A stretch of DNA of 40,279 nucleotides from an uncultured Chloroflexia bacterium (lineage in GTDB: Bacteria; Chloroflexota; Limnocylindria; Limnocylindrales; CSP1-4): positions 1 through 40,279 of the forward strand of contig CAVYBU010000009.1 in assembly GCA_963766735.1 (NCBI GenBank). Reading direction: 5' to 3'. Each line of letters starts with the position of its first letter. Positions within the stretch are counted from its first letter, which is position 1. Both the position numbers and the translations under genes were made by a program. Positions 39,301 through 40,279 of this stretch are shown here, piece after piece. Below the pieces are notes generated by a model that saw only the letters and a list, made by a program, of their open reading frames with translations, was not told the DNA's origin and did not search any database.

Positions 39301-40279
39301 CGTGGTGGTGGCCGGGCCTCGCTTGCTGCTACGACCTTCCCTCGGAGCTGTGCCCCGCCTCGATGTGGCGGATGGCCGCCGCCGCCTCGGGCAGTGGATA
39401 GGTCGCGCTGATGACCGGCCCGAGCGTCCCCTCTTCGACCATTGGGCTGACCTCGAGATCCTCGCGGTTCGGGGACGGAGAAGGGCCGGCGCAGACTGTG
39501 CTTCACGAAGGTGTTCCAGCACGACCGGCCGAATCAGGCGGACCAGCAGCGCCACGCCACTCGCGCCCGTGCCGCTCATGCAGGTCAGGGTGCCCTCGGC
39601 GTCAGGACACGTCGAGTGTCCGCGAGGGAGTGGTTCTCCATGTTGTCGAGGATCACGTCGTAGCGTTCCTGTGCCCCGGGGTGAAGTCCTCCCGGGTGTA
39701 GTCGATCACGTGGTGCGCGCCAAGCGAGCGGACCAGCTCCACGTCGTTCGGGCCGCACACGCCGGTGACCTCGGCGCCGAGGTGCCGTGCGATCTGCACC
39801 GCGAGACGTGCCCACGCCGCCCGATGCGCCGTTGATCAGGACCTTCTGACCGGCCTGCAGCCGGCCCGCATCGCGGAGGCCCTGGAGCGCCGCAGACGCC
39901 GACGTCGGGATGGCCGCGGCCTGCTCAGCTGATGCCGGACGGCTTGAGGACGAGCGTGTCCTCGGCGGCCCGCGCGTATTCGGCACAGGCGCCCGACTAC
40001 GGCCAGCTTGCAGATGCCGAAAACCTCGTCGCCGGGTGCGACCGGGTCACGGCGCCCCCCGTCGCCTCGACCGTCCCGGCGATGTTGGACCCGGGCACGC
40101 CGAACTTCGGCCCGCGCAGGCCGCTGGTGACCCGGACCGGGAACGGCGAGCCCCGGACGCCGAGCACGTCACCGATATGGAGCCCCGCGGCATGGACGCG
40201 GACGCAGACACCTCCCGGTCGCCGATCCCGGGCTTGTCGATCTCCCGGCTCGACACTCAGCACCTCCGGCCCGCCATAC
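39297..40279 (-). CDS. NAD(P)-dependent MDR oxidoreductase (alcohol dehydrogenase/quinone reductase-like); 5'-partial, many frameshifts
   Basis: VRVHAAG, AGTVEATG, ALQGLRDAG..GQKVLINGASGGVG, YDVILDN. Confidence 0.85.

Overview
A 40 kb, very GC-rich bacterial window. Gene content and style suggest Chloroflexota or Actinomycetota; this is an inference. Left (1-9.5 kb): a cluster of membrane and transport genes (NhaC and ThrE fragments, SulP-STAS, DUF1269, DUF2252, DedA/VTT, double AI-2E). Middle (~9.6-32.4 kb): a mosaic island of nested, decayed integrative elements. It holds three copies of the tRNA-Arg 3' end (CCTGTCGGGCGCGCCA) and one tRNA-Pro-like 3' end. Each has an inverted arm centred on a CC dinucleotide, as in serine-recombinase att sites, and each is read through on the minus strand by an orphan protein tail. 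Two small HTH gene families recur as full and truncated copies, bracketing a compact holin/amidase module and varied cargo. The cargo includes Glu dehydrogenase plus a two-component system, Fic, and a metal locus (Mn riboswitch-TMEM165, DsbA, SufS-like enzyme, Cys-rich Trx protein, ArsR, two CDFs). It also includes a methyltransferase, a hemerythrin, an ECF sigma/anti-sigma pair with c-di-GMP-II-like leaders, and a toxin-like ORF. Right (32.5-40.3 kb): ordinary-looking genes (hemerythrin, PadR, an unknown partner of panB, panB, DUF4405-like, DUF2202, F420 nitroreductase, DUF6326, MDR oxidoreductase) with many frameshifts, probably sequencing errors. No intact integrase, full tRNA, rRNA or CRISPR array was seen. 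Family names come from motif recognition, not database searches.
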